DNA of 64,000 nucleotides, from assembly GCA_951406725.2 (NCBI GenBank), contig OX597815.1, forward strand, positions 112,282,001 to 112,346,000, given 5' to 3'. The stretch comes from Octopus vulgaris. Its lineage: Eukaryota. Shown here piece by piece: positions 27,831 to 41,534 of the stretch. A program made the position numbers and the translations under genes. Numbering within the stretch: the stretch's first letter is position 1; each line of letters begins with the position of its first letter. Under the pieces are notes generated by a model that saw nothing but the letters and a program-made list of their open reading frames with translations, ran no database searches and was not told the DNA's origin.

Positions 27831-27995
27831 GACCAGCAACTTCACTCCATCACAAGCTTAATATAAGGCAAATACATCTTTATTTAAATTTCTTCTTCAC
27901 GATAGTTTTCTTTTAAAAGGAGCGGGACATTTAAAGTAAAGAACGCATACGAGCTAAATTAGGGAATATTTTAGAAATAGATATTAAAATGTCAT

Positions 27996-28057
27996 TTTCA
28001 ACTGAAGATCCCAGAGTATGTTGGTCATACAGAAGGTGAAATTAATTGGTATTGAAA
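27996..28057 (+). ncRNA. Type I hammerhead motif
   Basis: tttcaa CTGAAGA tcc..gtatg/catac..ggt GAAA ttaattgg TA ttgaaa (6-bp stem I). Confidence 0.7.
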
Positions 28058-28294
28058 TATATGTTACTGATGTATTCAACGAAAAGGCAAACTTCTTTCT
28101 AGTGGTTTTCGAGCCTTGGTGCTGATTTTATCAAGTGGTATTATATACCTTACTATATATATATACAATGCAGGTGCACAGTCATACACTGACGCTCAAT
28201 CACGCATTCATAGAGTCAAGGGCACACACGCACAAATGCATACATAAACACACTTATAAACAGCAGAATAAAGAAAATGTGGACCTCAGAACTC

Positions 28295-29532
28295 TCGCAT
28301 TCAAGAGAACGGTGACCCACAATGTGTTTGAAGTGCCAGTGCTCATACTAACATTTGGGCTGCTTGATGGACGCTTGATGAGATTTGAGCCAATGATGTG
28401 AAAACCAGGAAAATACTAATAAGCATACATAATTTCCACATAAACAGTGACGTAGACCGCCTCTACCTAAAACAAAAACAAGGTAGCAAAGCTTTAACAT
28501 AGATCCAAAATGCCTTTGAATGTCGTATCATATCCCTCCAACAACATCTTTCAACCACTAAGTGTCGACGTGCATCCTGTGACCACGTTTGCATACATGA
28601 GGCTGATAACATCATAAGACTTGAAAGCAGCTCCTTGAGCAGCATTCCTGTTTTGATGACCTAGAATACATGCCCCCAAGAAGCCGCATGCCTCTACAGC
28701 AACATATCATTAGATGAAAGGATGAGCCTATATGAGCAGAAGTCTATGCATGGATATGTTAGTAGAAAGCTCCGACATGGTAGTAACATTGATCATCAAA
28801 GCAGCCTAACATGGACCAATACCCGGATTACTACCTCCCACTTTAAAGGGTGTGCGTGTGCAACCCAAGAACAAGAAACATCAACCGAATACCTGATGCA
28901 CAAAGGGATAGAGATGCAGGAAAAGCAGTAAAATGTGACAACCGATTCAGACCTGTGGCGTTAACGCCGATGTTACCCACATCAGAAGCAATTGTCCGAA
29001 AATGTCATCACGGTATATCTACCGTGACATGTTGTAGCTAAGCCACTCTATAATTAAATTTATCGGAAGGAGAAACCCGAGAAATAAGACCCCACAGTAT
29101 GATAGAAGCCACTCATAATAAAAAGGAGTCCTGTTGGAATGTCCCAGTGAAGACCTCAATAAAATGTAAGCACAACAGACCTGATATAATGATTTGGGAT
29201 AGAGACGAGTAACTGTGTACAGTTGTTGAAATTAGCTGCGCAGCGGATGTTAACATAAAGCTGAAGATCAGTGAAAAATAGAATATTTACGCTGAACTAT
29301 TGAGAAATCGGCAGTTACTGTATCCAGATTACAGGTTCAAGTTTATACCTGTTATTATTGGTGTTCTAGGATACGTAACACACTGCTTACATACTAATCT
29401 TGAAAAATTAGGCTTCTCAAATCTAGAAAGGAGAAAACTGTGAAAATCTGTAAAACTTTAAATATAAATGAACATGTCTATATATACATTAATATGCCTG
29501 AGAGGACATACGTAAAACAAAACATACGAATC

Positions 29533-29578
<46 letters not shown>

Positions 29579-30030
29579 CAAAAACATCCTCTTGTTGATG
29601 TTGAAATTCCAATGAAGATGCCTTGGATCTGGTTTAAAAACCGGTTCTTTCTTTATTGGCAAGGAATCTTGAAATAAAACTGAACAATGACATACATATA
29701 CACTGCCTAAATACTAATTTTGAGAAATTAGTCTCTTCAAAACCATAAGGGAGAAAGCTGATTCGAAGACCATCTATCTAAAACATCCCTGGAACTATGA
29801 AAATCTTTAAAACTTTCCAGAAGTTTATCATTTCAGTGCATATGAGCACGTCTACATATGCAAGTATATGCTTGACAAGACATACATAACAGAAAACATA
29901 TAAATCTGCACGTATATATACATACCTATATATACAAATATCTTGTCGTTGATGTTGAAATTGCAGTTTAGAAATTGGCTCTTTCTCCATTGGCAAGAAA
30001 TCTTGGAATAAATAGGAATAATGACGTACA
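28295..30030 (+). mobile_element. R4/Dong-like LINE 3' half with a tandemly duplicated 3' end
   Basis: DVDRLYLKQKQG, KSMHG, CKHNRPDIMIWDR, VVEISCAAD; 29381-29700 repeated at 29701-30030. Confidence 0.8.
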
Positions 30031-32227
30031 TACATACATACGTGCCTGCAAACATACATACATACATACATACATACATACATACATACATACATACATA
30101 CATACATACGTACGTACATACATAGATGTGTGTGCTTGTCTGTGTGTGTCTGAGTGTGAGCCATTGTCTTAGATTTTAGTCATGTTCATCTCTTTATATA
30201 TTTTGTTTCATATGAATGTGCGAATTAGGTTCTTGTATGTGTCTGTGTGTATATGTATGTTTGTACCTCTGTGTGTGTGTGTGCATGCCTCAACGTATGT
30301 ATGTATCATCAATTATGTTTATCATGTTTCTCAAAAATATATCAAATTTATAATTTTTTTATAGGGTCTTCAAGCCGTAAATTTCTAGTCACTATTTTCA
30401 TTTTAATTTCAACAATTATATCGTAACATTGCCATAATCTATATTAGAAATGTATTGACACAATGAAAGAAAAAACGGAGAAAACAAACAATAATATTCA
30501 ATAACTGTTTATTAATATAAAAACATGATCGTTAACATATTTAATGATATATCATTAAAATGGTTTATAGAAATAAATATGCTGTGAGAAAAACAATATT
30601 ATTACTGGAACCAAGATTAGGCACCGTAGTATCGATATTATTCTAAACGCATCAGTGGAGCACAGCTTTCACAATACTTGCTGAAGCTTGCATAATATTT
30701 TAATAAAAACAGGTATTTCTAACGTATAAAATTATATATTTCAAATTATTCGTGCAAAAAAGAAAAAAACATAAATATTTAAACCATTTCGTATCTTGGA
30801 GGGGAATTTTTTTTCTTAATAGAGAAAAGAGTCACTTTCTAACTTTACTTCAAATGATAAACATGTTAGATAAAATACAATTACTTTCCTTCGTATTCTT
30901 AGCAATTAATTGCTCTGAAGTCAACAGTTCAAACAAATATAGTTTGATGGCAATGGTATAAACCATTAAAAAACATACGCAAGACTAAATTCCCTCGACG
31001 TTTTTTTCTATATTCAGAATTTAGTTATAGTTAATTTAAAGTTTAAGAACAAGCTGCAAATTTCCAACCAAACTAAAACCGTGTATTCATTAGACTGTAA
31101 TCTAACCACCAGAAATGTAATGCTACCGGAAATAAATTTTCGAACTTGATATTGTTCTACTGTTTTGTTGTTTCAATTCATTCGTTGTCTTTCTTTACAT
31201 ATTTCTTAAATTCTTTCTTTCCTTTGCGTATCAAAATTCACCACTGATTATATGAAACTTTTCTACCTTCAAGTTAATTTCCCACTACGTATTTTTATAT
31301 AAACTACAATACATACTCTGACACAAGTTGGTTCTTCAACGGTTATTATAGTTAAAACATTGTTCTGTTTTCTTATAATGCATTTTGCTTAATTTTCACT
31401 TCCAGCCTAAATAAAAGATTATCGTGAAAGCTGTTCTACACATTTCATTTTCTGTGTGGACGTAAATTACTATTGTATTCAAGCACACTCCCATACAGGG
31501 ATATCCGAATATATATATATATCTACATATATATATATGTGTGTGTGTGGGTGTGTGTGTATGTATTCAAACGCACGCATATTCATTCATATGCAGCTGC
31601 ACACTCACACAGTCACACACACATATACGCGCGCGCACACATACACACGCAAGCAAACACACACATTCACATATAATCATGCCTACATACTTGTATAAAT
31701 GTGTCTATGTGTATGGGAGGGTTTTTTTTACTGTATCTACGGACATGTGCATATATGTTAGTATGTGCTCATGTTTCTCTGACTGGCCTAAATGTTATTT
31801 GTGTGTCTATGTGTGTGTTGCGCGTGAGCGGATGTATGTGTGTGTAACCGCATTGGCGACTATTTTAATTAAATTATCTTGTAATTCCATATGTCCAAAC
31901 TATGTTCAGAGTTGATGATAGATTGCAGCTTGAGATCAGAGTCAGTGATTGAGTAGGTTTCTGTCGAAGCATTATCCAAGGTAGAAAAGTGGATAAAACT
32001 GAAGTCTATTTCTTTACATCTAATAACAATACACTACTTGTTTGTAACACTGATTTAAGGAAAGAAAACAGATCTCACACGGGTGACAGTGCATCCTAAA
32101 TACTGCGCACATGGTAAATCGGCAAATATTACAAAATTAGCGTTAGCTCTAATGCAATAAGCAGATTATGTTCAGCTACATTTAGTTTTCCAATAACATG
32201 TCATCTGTGAACCCTCAAGTAACTATG

Positions 32228-32640
32228 AAGCTGTGCCGTTAGAAGTTTGGTTCCAAACGTACGATCGCAGTTCAGGGTTTAGTCCTATTGCATGGCACCT
32301 TGGGCAAGTGGCTTCTACTATAGCCTTCAACCGACCAAAGCCTCGTGAATGTATGTTAGATGAAACTGAAAGAAGCCCGTCGTATATATGGATATGTGTG
32401 TGTGAGAGAGAGGGAGAGAGAAGGAGTGAGCGTGTTTGTGCACGTATGCGCATATGTGTGTGCATGTATGCATATATCGATGTGTATTTCTTTTAAGTTT
32501 GTGTTTGTCCCCCACCACTACTTCACAACTAGTTTTAATATATGTTCGTGTCCGTAATTTAGCAGTTCGGCAAAAGAGACCAAAAGAATAGATATCAGAC
32601 TCTAAAAAATAACCATTGTAGTCTATTTCTTCGACCACAC
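32228..32640 (+). mobile_element. tRNA-derived octopus-type SINE (head + body, microsatellite, tail module), diverged
   Basis: ggtttagtcctattgcatggcaccttgggcaagtggcttctactatagcc; tail cttcacaactag...ttagcagttcggcaaaagagac. Confidence 0.75.
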
Positions 32641-34178
32641 CTCAGTTAAATGAGTAAAACACGTCAAAGATAAATCATAAAAATATGTTTTTAGCATTTT
32701 CGTGGCCAGAAATGTGCCTTTATGTAAAATTCAGTATTGCTTTGTCGAACGAAATATATATTTATTGCTTATAATTAAACTGATTCTTAAAATTTAATAC
32801 TGGCTGTAATCATTAGAACTAGTTTGTATTTCGAAGTTTCACAAAGTATTACTTCTATATAGATCTTCAGGTCTAGATAAACAATTTATTGAGCACTGCA
32901 TTATCTAACATCTATTTTTTCAATGAAACAATATTGTATAAACGCAATAGACTGCAATTTCAGGCAGAGAAAGCGATCAGGTAGACACCTTTGATCAATG
33001 GTGTACTTAGATAGCGTATATATGTATGTAAGTATGCATGTATGTATGTACGTACGTATATCTGTTTGTTTATATGTATGTGTATATGTGTGTATGTATA
33101 TATCTACATATATTAGTATGTATAACTTTTAGTTTGTATGTATGTATGTATGTATGTATCAATGTCAGCTTTCAGAAGTATTCCCTTTATATATATATTA
33201 CTAAGTATCTATGGAACATCAAACGCTTTCTAATTCGTTTGTAGATGAAAACTATAAACAATATAACTATTGGTATTGAATATTACTGAATCATTCCCCC
33301 ACCCAACACTTGGTTGCATATATAAATAGAAATTAATTCTAGTTTCAATAACAAAAATCTAATAAGATGAATGAAAATTAAATTGAATATCAATTGAGCT
33401 ATCTACTTGGTTACATCTCCATATTAAAGACAGTGATAAAAGTCTACTCTTCAAGTGCGCATCGAAATATCTGGAAGTTAAACGTCATCACAAAAAATCG
33501 AAGAGTGTAAATAGTGTGTGATGGCAAGACTCAAATCAAAACTGGAATCTTACGTCTTCCCACACCTTAACAGCCATTCATTTTGTTCCCCTTTTTTTTT
33601 TCTTAGCTTTCCTTTGTGTTCTTTGGTATGGTGTAAATCTATTTCAATGTATTTATTTATCAAATTTCACTTTGCAATGAATGAGTCTTCACCACCGCAC
33701 CGCGTCTGTCCTGAGGCAAAGTGAAGGTAAGATTTTGACTGTCTAAGCATCTTCATGAATTTGTCCAAAACGCCCACCCTTCTTTTCAGACATTTAGTTA
33801 GCATGTGCTTTATACGTTCTGAGGAATATAAATATTTCCTCTCGTAAGTCTCAATTTACTCAGGTTGCTAGAAAATTTAAAATGTGTTTCATATATAATG
33901 CATGGCTACTAAAAAAAATAAGTCCTGTGTATTACATGTAATAAAAAGATAGACAGAGGGCTTACTAACTCATTTTGCCTCAATATTATAAAATACTAGA
34001 TCATTGTATATATTTAAAAAAATCATTCTTTCATTTTTTATCCTCAACTTGTTTCATTGGTCTGCGGTTGTGCTAGGACATCGCATTGGAGTACTATTAC
34101 TCGAATACATATCGGCTCTAGTATTTCTTTAGGTAGATTGACAGATAGAAAGAGACAGAGACAGATAGAAAGAAAGAT

Positions 34179-34210
<32 letters not shown>

Positions 34211-34272
34211 TGAGAGAGAGAAAGTGAGAAAGACAGACAGATAGATAGATATATAATATGATAGATAGAAAT

Positions 34273-34325
<53 letters not shown>

Positions 34326-34621
34326 CAGACAGACCGGTATTCTCTGTATAGAATATACTTCGTAGTGCTAAAGATACTTGGACTTGCGTAGGTAGAGGAT
34401 TAAATGTAAGGACAAGGAAGTTAGGCAAGTCGATATTCAAAAAATATTAAATATGTTTCATACGAATAATGTACATACTATGCATATAAAAATGTCCGAC
34501 TTATACATCAGGAATTAAAGGGGTTGCTTTTTATATGCATACATATGTACATTTGTTTGCATTAAATGTATTTAATATTGTTTGTATATCGATTTGCCTA
34601 ACTTCCTTCTCCTTACACTTA

Positions 34622-34694
<73 letters not shown>

Positions 34695-35571
34695 CCATAT
34701 CACAAAGAAAGATGACTCATCTGGAAAAGCAGCTTAGACCCCGCCACATTCTAAATTGAGAACTGAACTTATTGGATCATGTTCACATGTGGTTAAATAT
34801 TTGTTACATTTTCTGAGATTACAGATAGCGCTTGCTTTCTATATTGCGTCCATATACAAGCTTTTCATTTCTCTATACTTTTTACTTATATTTCTTATAT
34901 ATTTTTTAAATATATTTTACATATTTATAGAGATATTGGTTCATAGTTTTATTGCTCATATATTTTTTAAACATAATTTTTCTGCATTCTACCTTCCACC
35001 TGCATTCTTCCTTTGCGTATATAGACGAATATATGGAGTTTTTTGTGCGCACGTGTGGATGTGTGGATGTGTGCGAGTATGTGCGCATATAGACGTATGT
35101 GTATGTTGGCATCAAGTATGTGCTTATATAGACGTGTTTTACTATTATTGCTTATTTTTTACACTTCTTTTTACACATTTTTTTGTATTTTGCCTTTAGC
35201 CCTGTCTTATCTTGTGCATGTGCGTATAAAGACATGTGTATGAACCTTTTTACGCGCGTCTGTGTGTGTACGAGCGTGTATGCGGGTATGTATATAATTT
35301 TGGCGAATGTGTGGGTGAGCGTGTGTGTGCTTTAAGTGAGGGTGGATGAGTATATACATATAGGCGTATGTACGTGGGTGTGCGGGTGCGCATGTGTATG
35401 TATTTACATGCGCGCATACGCGATTACTATAAACATTTGTACTCTCTTATCTTTATTCCCACCCCTTACTTAGCGGTCATTTAAATAGATGTTTGTCTAA
35501 ATAACGGTCAATCACACAGTAATTTACCTTTGTTTTAGCGTTCATTTTCATAGTATTTTTTCGATGGCCCA

Positions 35572-35630
35572 ATAACTGAAGAGATGCCGGCGTGGGTTTC
35601 CGCCCGGACATCCGAAATTCGGAGTTTTAT
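35572..35630 (+). ncRNA. Type I hammerhead motif with a GC-rich extended stem II
   Basis: ataa CTGAAGA gatg-ccgg...ccgg-a-catc-c GAAA ttcggag TT ttat. Confidence 0.65.
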
Positions 35631-35734
35631 CATGCCTCCTGAATAGTTGTCGAATATTATATTTACAAATAAATTCCTCTATTTACATAATATCGAGGTC
35701 TCTTTCATTTTTTGTTGTCTTGCCATTTCTATCA

Positions 35735-35797
<63 letters not shown>

Positions 35798-35842
35798 AAA
35801 TAAAAGAAAGAGAATGTACACAGTTTACATCGCTCTAATATA

Positions 35843-36116
35843 TTATAAATGAAAGAGTACTGTGGCTGTCGACAAGTTTTGCTTTCGCTAATCTTGACAT
35901 TAAAATTATTATAATTTCGCATTTTATTAAGAAGATTTTAGTTCATATTGTTGTATGAAAGGTTTTGAATGAATATACCTGTTGATTCATTAACAAACTT
36001 TCATACGAGAACATGGACTAAAGTATTTTTTGAAAAAATATGATATTACAATAATTTCAATGTCATGATCACCGAAAGCGAAACCGGTCGACAACCATAA
36101 TACTCTTTCATTTAAC
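35843..36116. repeat. Diverged foldback carrying a hammerhead relic in each arm
   Basis: tgtatgaaag..aatgaat / attcatt..ctttcatacg; aaatgaaagagta / tactctttcattt. Confidence 0.8.
36061..36093 (+). ncRNA. Hammerhead relic (inferred A3-U8 core); partner copy at 35867-35899 on the minus strand
   Basis: tgtc ATGATCA ccgaaagc GAAA ccgg TC gaca; partner tgtc AAGATTA gcgaaagc AAAA cttg TC gaca. Confidence 0.6.
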
Positions 36117-37988
36117 ATATATAAGAACCATGTAAACTGTTTTCTTCTTTCTTCGAGGATAATCATAATTCTATTCCTCCCCCTGCTTACTATGTGTGTG
36201 TGTGTGTCTGTCTGTATGTTTGTGTGTTTGTGTGTTTGTGTGTTTGTGTTTGTATGTGTGTGTATGTTTGTATGTTTATGTGCGTGTTTGTGTTATGTCT
36301 GTGCATTTGTGTGTACATCGGGTTTCTTTGAGTTTCCGTCTACAAACTCCACTCGCAAGGCTTTGTTCAGCCTGAGGCAATAGTAGAAACACTCTTTCCC
36401 AAAGTGTAACGCAATGGGCCTGTATCGATCCTTTAAATACAATTCACCTGATGTTTAATATTCTTATCGTTATTCTTTAGCTCCAGATCATCATTGATAG
36501 TGTTGATTTATGACGGCGTTTCCGTCTTTATATCAGAGAGTAAACTATCCAATGTACCTTTATGCATTTGATGGCTTTGTTATTTAACTGATGATCAACC
36601 ATGACTGAACGAACATATAATTCTAGCTATAGCAATCCGGCTCTGGTATCGCCTATTTTACAGCTAAACCTGCATTATTTGATGTTTGTATGATAGGTAT
36701 AAATTAAATATTTGACCGCTATGTCTAGATGGTCAAACAACTACTTAGAATCCTAATTCTTTCACTTGTATCTTTCATATATTAAGTGGAGAAAAAGCAA
36801 ATTATCCTCTCAGTAGAATCTTCCACGATAGAATAATATTTTTTGTAAGAAACATGTATTTTTGCTCTATGATTGCACAAGTAGATTCAATGCAGAAATT
36901 CATGCTTGTGTCCAATGACAACAGAATTCGAGAAATTGATAAGAACGATTTATTTACGCGTTGTTGTACTCTGTATCAGATACGTTGTCAAATACCGTGT
37001 CACATCCCGTATCACAAGCCTCTGTAGGCAATGAAAATTCCTCTACTCAATGATTGAGCCTACTAAAAAAGAAATGTTTCTTGTATCTCAAATAAAGTTC
37101 TACATGCAATAATACCTGAATATCAGACGAAATGGTCACACCTAGAATGTCTTCGATCATAGCTCTACTTAAGCAACAGCATGTATATTATTCATAACGA
37201 CATTTTATTTACGCTTTTAAGTTTCAAAATTATTTCAGTTAAATTGGCATAATATACAATCCGTATGAATAATTCTCACTTGCAAAAATAGCATATTGTT
37301 ATAGACAACTAAATCTACCAAATGTATAAAATCAGTTAACTATTCTTAATAAATGAATAAAACCAGACACTTGCGTCCACTTAATGACTATCGGATTAAT
37401 TCCCGCTTAATCTGTAATACTCTCATTTACCCACGAAATATGTTTGGGCACTCATTGTCTAGTATAATTTGTGTGTCGTAGATTTCTGTAAGTTGCATAT
37501 ATTGAGTTACGCTGCAGAAAATTAAACATCGTACCATTATAATTCTGAAAGAACTGACAGATTTTCCTGTCAGATATAATAGAACGAAGGCCTACAAAAT
37601 CGAGGAAATGCACGTATAATTTTAATGAAGTATTGTTGCTGCTACTGCTGTTGCTTCTGAAACTATTCTCTTGTTGCTGTACAAATACTCTAAGATTAAT
37701 TAACGTAACAGGAGAGTAAATTGAGATTTTCACTAACAAGTGATTTGGGCGTCTATATCTATAGAGATAACATGCTGAAATACACATTAATTCCTTCCTC
37801 CATTTATGGAAAATGGTGTGGATGGAATTGTTTATTCTTACGTGAACTTCGATGTAGCCAAAATGTATATGCGTGTATGTATGTATGCATAACAAATATA
37901 TATGTACATTTATATATATATATATGTATGTATGTATATAGAGATAGATATATACATGTATATGCATACATATACATATATAATATAT

Positions 37989-38032
<44 letters not shown>

Positions 38033-38177
38033 TAAGTTAGAGATAAAACCACTAATAGGCAAATCAAACAGTGAAAATCATAAGCCAATACATAGAAAAA
38101 AATTAATTAAAATAATATAAAATAAAAATATAAAAAATATAAAATATAAAATTCCAAATTAAAATATTTAAATTAAA

Positions 38178-38208
<31 letters not shown>

Positions 38209-38224
38209 TGTTTGTGTATCTTTC

Positions 38225-38392
38225 TTTGTTCCCCCACCATCTCTTGACAACCGATGTTGGTGTGTTTACGTCCCCGAAACTTAGCGGATCGGCAAAAGTA
38301 CCCAATAGAATAAGTACATGGCTTGCAAAGACTAAGTCCTGAGGTCGATTTGTTCGACTAAATGCGTTCCTCCAGCATGGCTGCAGTCAAAT

Positions 38393-38395
<3 letters not shown>
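38225..38395 (+). mobile_element. SINE tail module
   Basis: cttgacaaccgatgttggtgtgtttacgtcccc...ccagcatggctgcagtcaaatgac. Confidence 0.8.
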
Positions 38396-38453
<58 letters not shown>

Positions 38454-38461
38454 TATATATG

Positions 38462-38515
<54 letters not shown>

Positions 38516-38547
38516 AAAGAGAGTTTGAAAATGCAGGGGTCTTATTG

Positions 38548-38587
38548 ACTTGACCGGTTTCACTTTTTTAAAAAGTTTATCAAAGGC
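38548..38587 (-). ncRNA. Hammerhead motif, U3-A8 core variant (same family as 19355)
   Basis: Minus: gcct TTGATAA actttt..aaaagt GAAA ccgg TC aagt. Confidence 0.65.
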
Positions 38588-38664
38588 AAAATGTAAAGCT
38601 TTGTATAAGCATTGTTGTGTTAAAAATGGTTATCCTAATTGTATTAAAATACAGTTATACAATA

Positions 38665-39793
38665 AAATCGACTCTGAATCTCTTGCAACTCCTCTGGGCG
38701 GTTTGCTTCTTTTAGTTGGTCAATGCTGCCATAATATTTGCCTTCAGTTCATCTTTTGGGTTACAAGGTGTTTGTTGATCTCTCGCTCAACTGCGCTACG
38801 CACATAATAATCAAGGAAATTGCAGTCTGTGGAGTTAGGTGGTCAGATGTTAGGGCGATGTGGTCGCAGAAATTGTCTGACAGTCATGAATGGGTCCTCC
38901 TGCTTGTGTGGTATTGTGCAGAGTCCTGTTACCAGACATAGGGTCTACCAACAGTCAGTCTCTTGACCCGGGTCATCACTACCCTCCTTAGGCACTTGAT
39001 GTAGGCTTCCGTTTCGAATCTGAGGCTGTGTGGGAAGATGAATGGAGGCATAACCTTGCCATCACTAATGATCACTCCAAACACCATGATGTTAACTGGA
39101 TGTTTGATTTTTGTCACTCTCTGTACATGTTCTGGGGACATGGCAAGCCAAAGGTTGTACTGTGATCACCTTCTGATCATGACAGAAATTTTATCGCCTA
39201 TGAAAAACTAAAGCATGTTCGGTTGGAGGGGATGCTTGAATTTATTTAAAAGCTTTGTAATGCAGATTTTTCTCTTGTCCTTGATGGCTTCGGATAAAAA
39301 TTGACCCTTTCTTGTTTTATATGTGGAATCCCGAATGCCTTCATGCAGTACCTGCCAGATAACAAACTCGGACACCCCCATGTCGCTGGCGATGCAACTA
39401 ACTGTCTTGGAAGTATATTTGCCAAACATGGCCTGGATCTCACCAAAGAATTCAGTTCTTATCATAACGATGAAAGTAAGATTACTGAGCTGCCGTACCT
39501 TTGTAATTACCCTTAGACTGATCCACCGCTTTCCGAATTCTCTGCACTATCCTCACATTGACACCCACACACTCTGAAATACTCGTACAGGAGCTTCCGG
39601 CGTGAATGCCAAGCAATACAGTATGTCGTTTCTAAATTTGTGGCAGAGTGAATTGCGTCGTAGTTCTGTTTCTGTCAGAGACTGTGGCCAACTGACCCTA
39701 CTATACTGTCTAGTAGACAGTCAAACAGAAACAATGCGCATGCTTGAAATTAAAAATACAAAATAGTGACAATTTTCTCATCGCAGCCCATGT
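38665..39793 (-). mobile_element. Tc1/mariner superfamily (maT/DD37D-like) transposon relic
   Basis: KHPVNIMVFGVIISDGKVMPPFIF...YVW*QDSAQYH and *PPNSTDCNFLDYYV; TIR-like end finishing in TA at 39793. Confidence 0.8.
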
Positions 39794-40193
39794 ACTCTTT
39801 TACTCTTTTACTTGGTTCACTCATTGACTGTGGCCATGCTGGAGCACCGACTTTAGTCAAGCAAATCGACCCCAAGAATTATTCTTTGTAATCCTAGTAC
39901 TTATTCTATCAGACTCTTTTGCCGAACCGCTACGTTACGGGGATGTAAACACAGCAGCATCGGTTGTCAAGCGATGTTGGGGGGAAAAACACAGACACAC
40001 AAACACATACACACACATACATATATATATACATATATACGACGGGCTTCTATCAGTTTCCGTCTACCAAATCCACTCGCAAGTCTTTGGTTGGCTCGAG
40101 GCTATAGTAGAAGACACTTGCCCAAGGTGCCACGCAGTGGGACTGAACCTGGAGCCATGTGGTTCGTAAGCCAGCTACTTAGCACACAGCCAC
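39794..40193 (-). mobile_element. tRNA-derived octopus-type SINE, full length
   Basis: Minus head gtggctgtgtgctaag...ggttcagtcccactgcgtggcaccttgggcaagtgtcttctactatagcc; tail ends in (agagtaaa)n. Confidence 0.9.
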
Positions 40194-40196
40194 ATT

Positions 40197-40385
40197 CTTA
40201 CCCTTGTTTCAGTCATTTGACTGCCGCCATGCTGGAGGAACGCATTTAGTCGAACAAATCGACCCCAGGACTTAATCTTTGCAAGCCATGTACTTATTCT
40301 ATTGGGTACTTTTGCCGACCCGCTAAGTTTCGGGGACGTAAACACACCAACATCGGTTGCCAAGCGATGGTGGGGAAACAAAGAA
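40197..40385 (-). mobile_element. SINE tail module (inverted partner of 38225-38395)
   Basis: tgtttcagtcatttgactgccgccatgctggagg... Confidence 0.8.
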
Positions 40386-40414
40386 AGATACACAAACATA
40401 CATACATACATACA

Positions 40415-40460
<46 letters not shown>

Positions 40461-40632
40461 GGTTATAAAATGAGATAGGGGTTGAAAATTCAACCCACCA
40501 TGGGATAATATATATCCAATATACTGCTAGATAGGTACCCAACAAAAATAATACATAGATGTTAAAAATTGTCAAGCAATCAGTTCATCTATTGTATTAA
40601 ATGGGTAAAGGTAATAATATTACCGTAAATTA

Positions 40633-41288
40633 ATACTACAAAATTAGAGAATGGAGAAACATACTTAAATCAGTAAAACATCAACTATCCGATGATACTC
40701 AATCCATACTTTAATACACCATTACATATGAGTAAAGGCAATATATAAAATGAAATGAGATATACAGTAATAGTAAAAGTAAAAAGATAAAGAGATATAA
40801 GTAAAAATTTCAAATATAATATGCAAATAAATCAAAACTGACAGCTGTTTCGGCAGTGAGACGGACAGTCATACCTCATTTAACCTATAAGCCATAAAGG
40901 CAGGTATAAATGAGGCATTAACAAGGATGCCTCCACGGCCTCTTCAGAGAATTAAATTAAATTTGTTATAATAGTGAAAAATATTATATAATCATATACA
41001 TATAAATATAAAAATATAAAAATGTAAAATATAAAAACTTATACATCATAATGCTACACTTATATAATATAATACACATTTGTACAAAAAGGAAGGTAAA
41101 CAGAACAATATAAAACAAAATATATAACAGTGTATATATTAATATTAATAAGTACCGATATTATACATATTTGGCTAATAGTTTTTTTTATAAAAAAAGG
41201 GCTAACACATATGGAGATGAAAAATAATAATTAAATCCGTGGTACAGTTCATAAAATTCTAAAGCTATAAAAGTTAATAAAAATTACT

Positions 41289-41332
<44 letters not shown>

Positions 41333-41490
41333 TAATAATAATAAAAAAATACTAAAAATAGATACAGTTAAGTTAGCACCAAGTCCATCCTTTCAAGATC
41401 GAAATAACTATATAGTTATTTCGATCTTGAAAGGATGGACTTGGTGCTAACTTAACTGTATCTATTTTTAGTATTTTTTTATTATTATTA

Positions 41491-41534
<44 letters not shown>

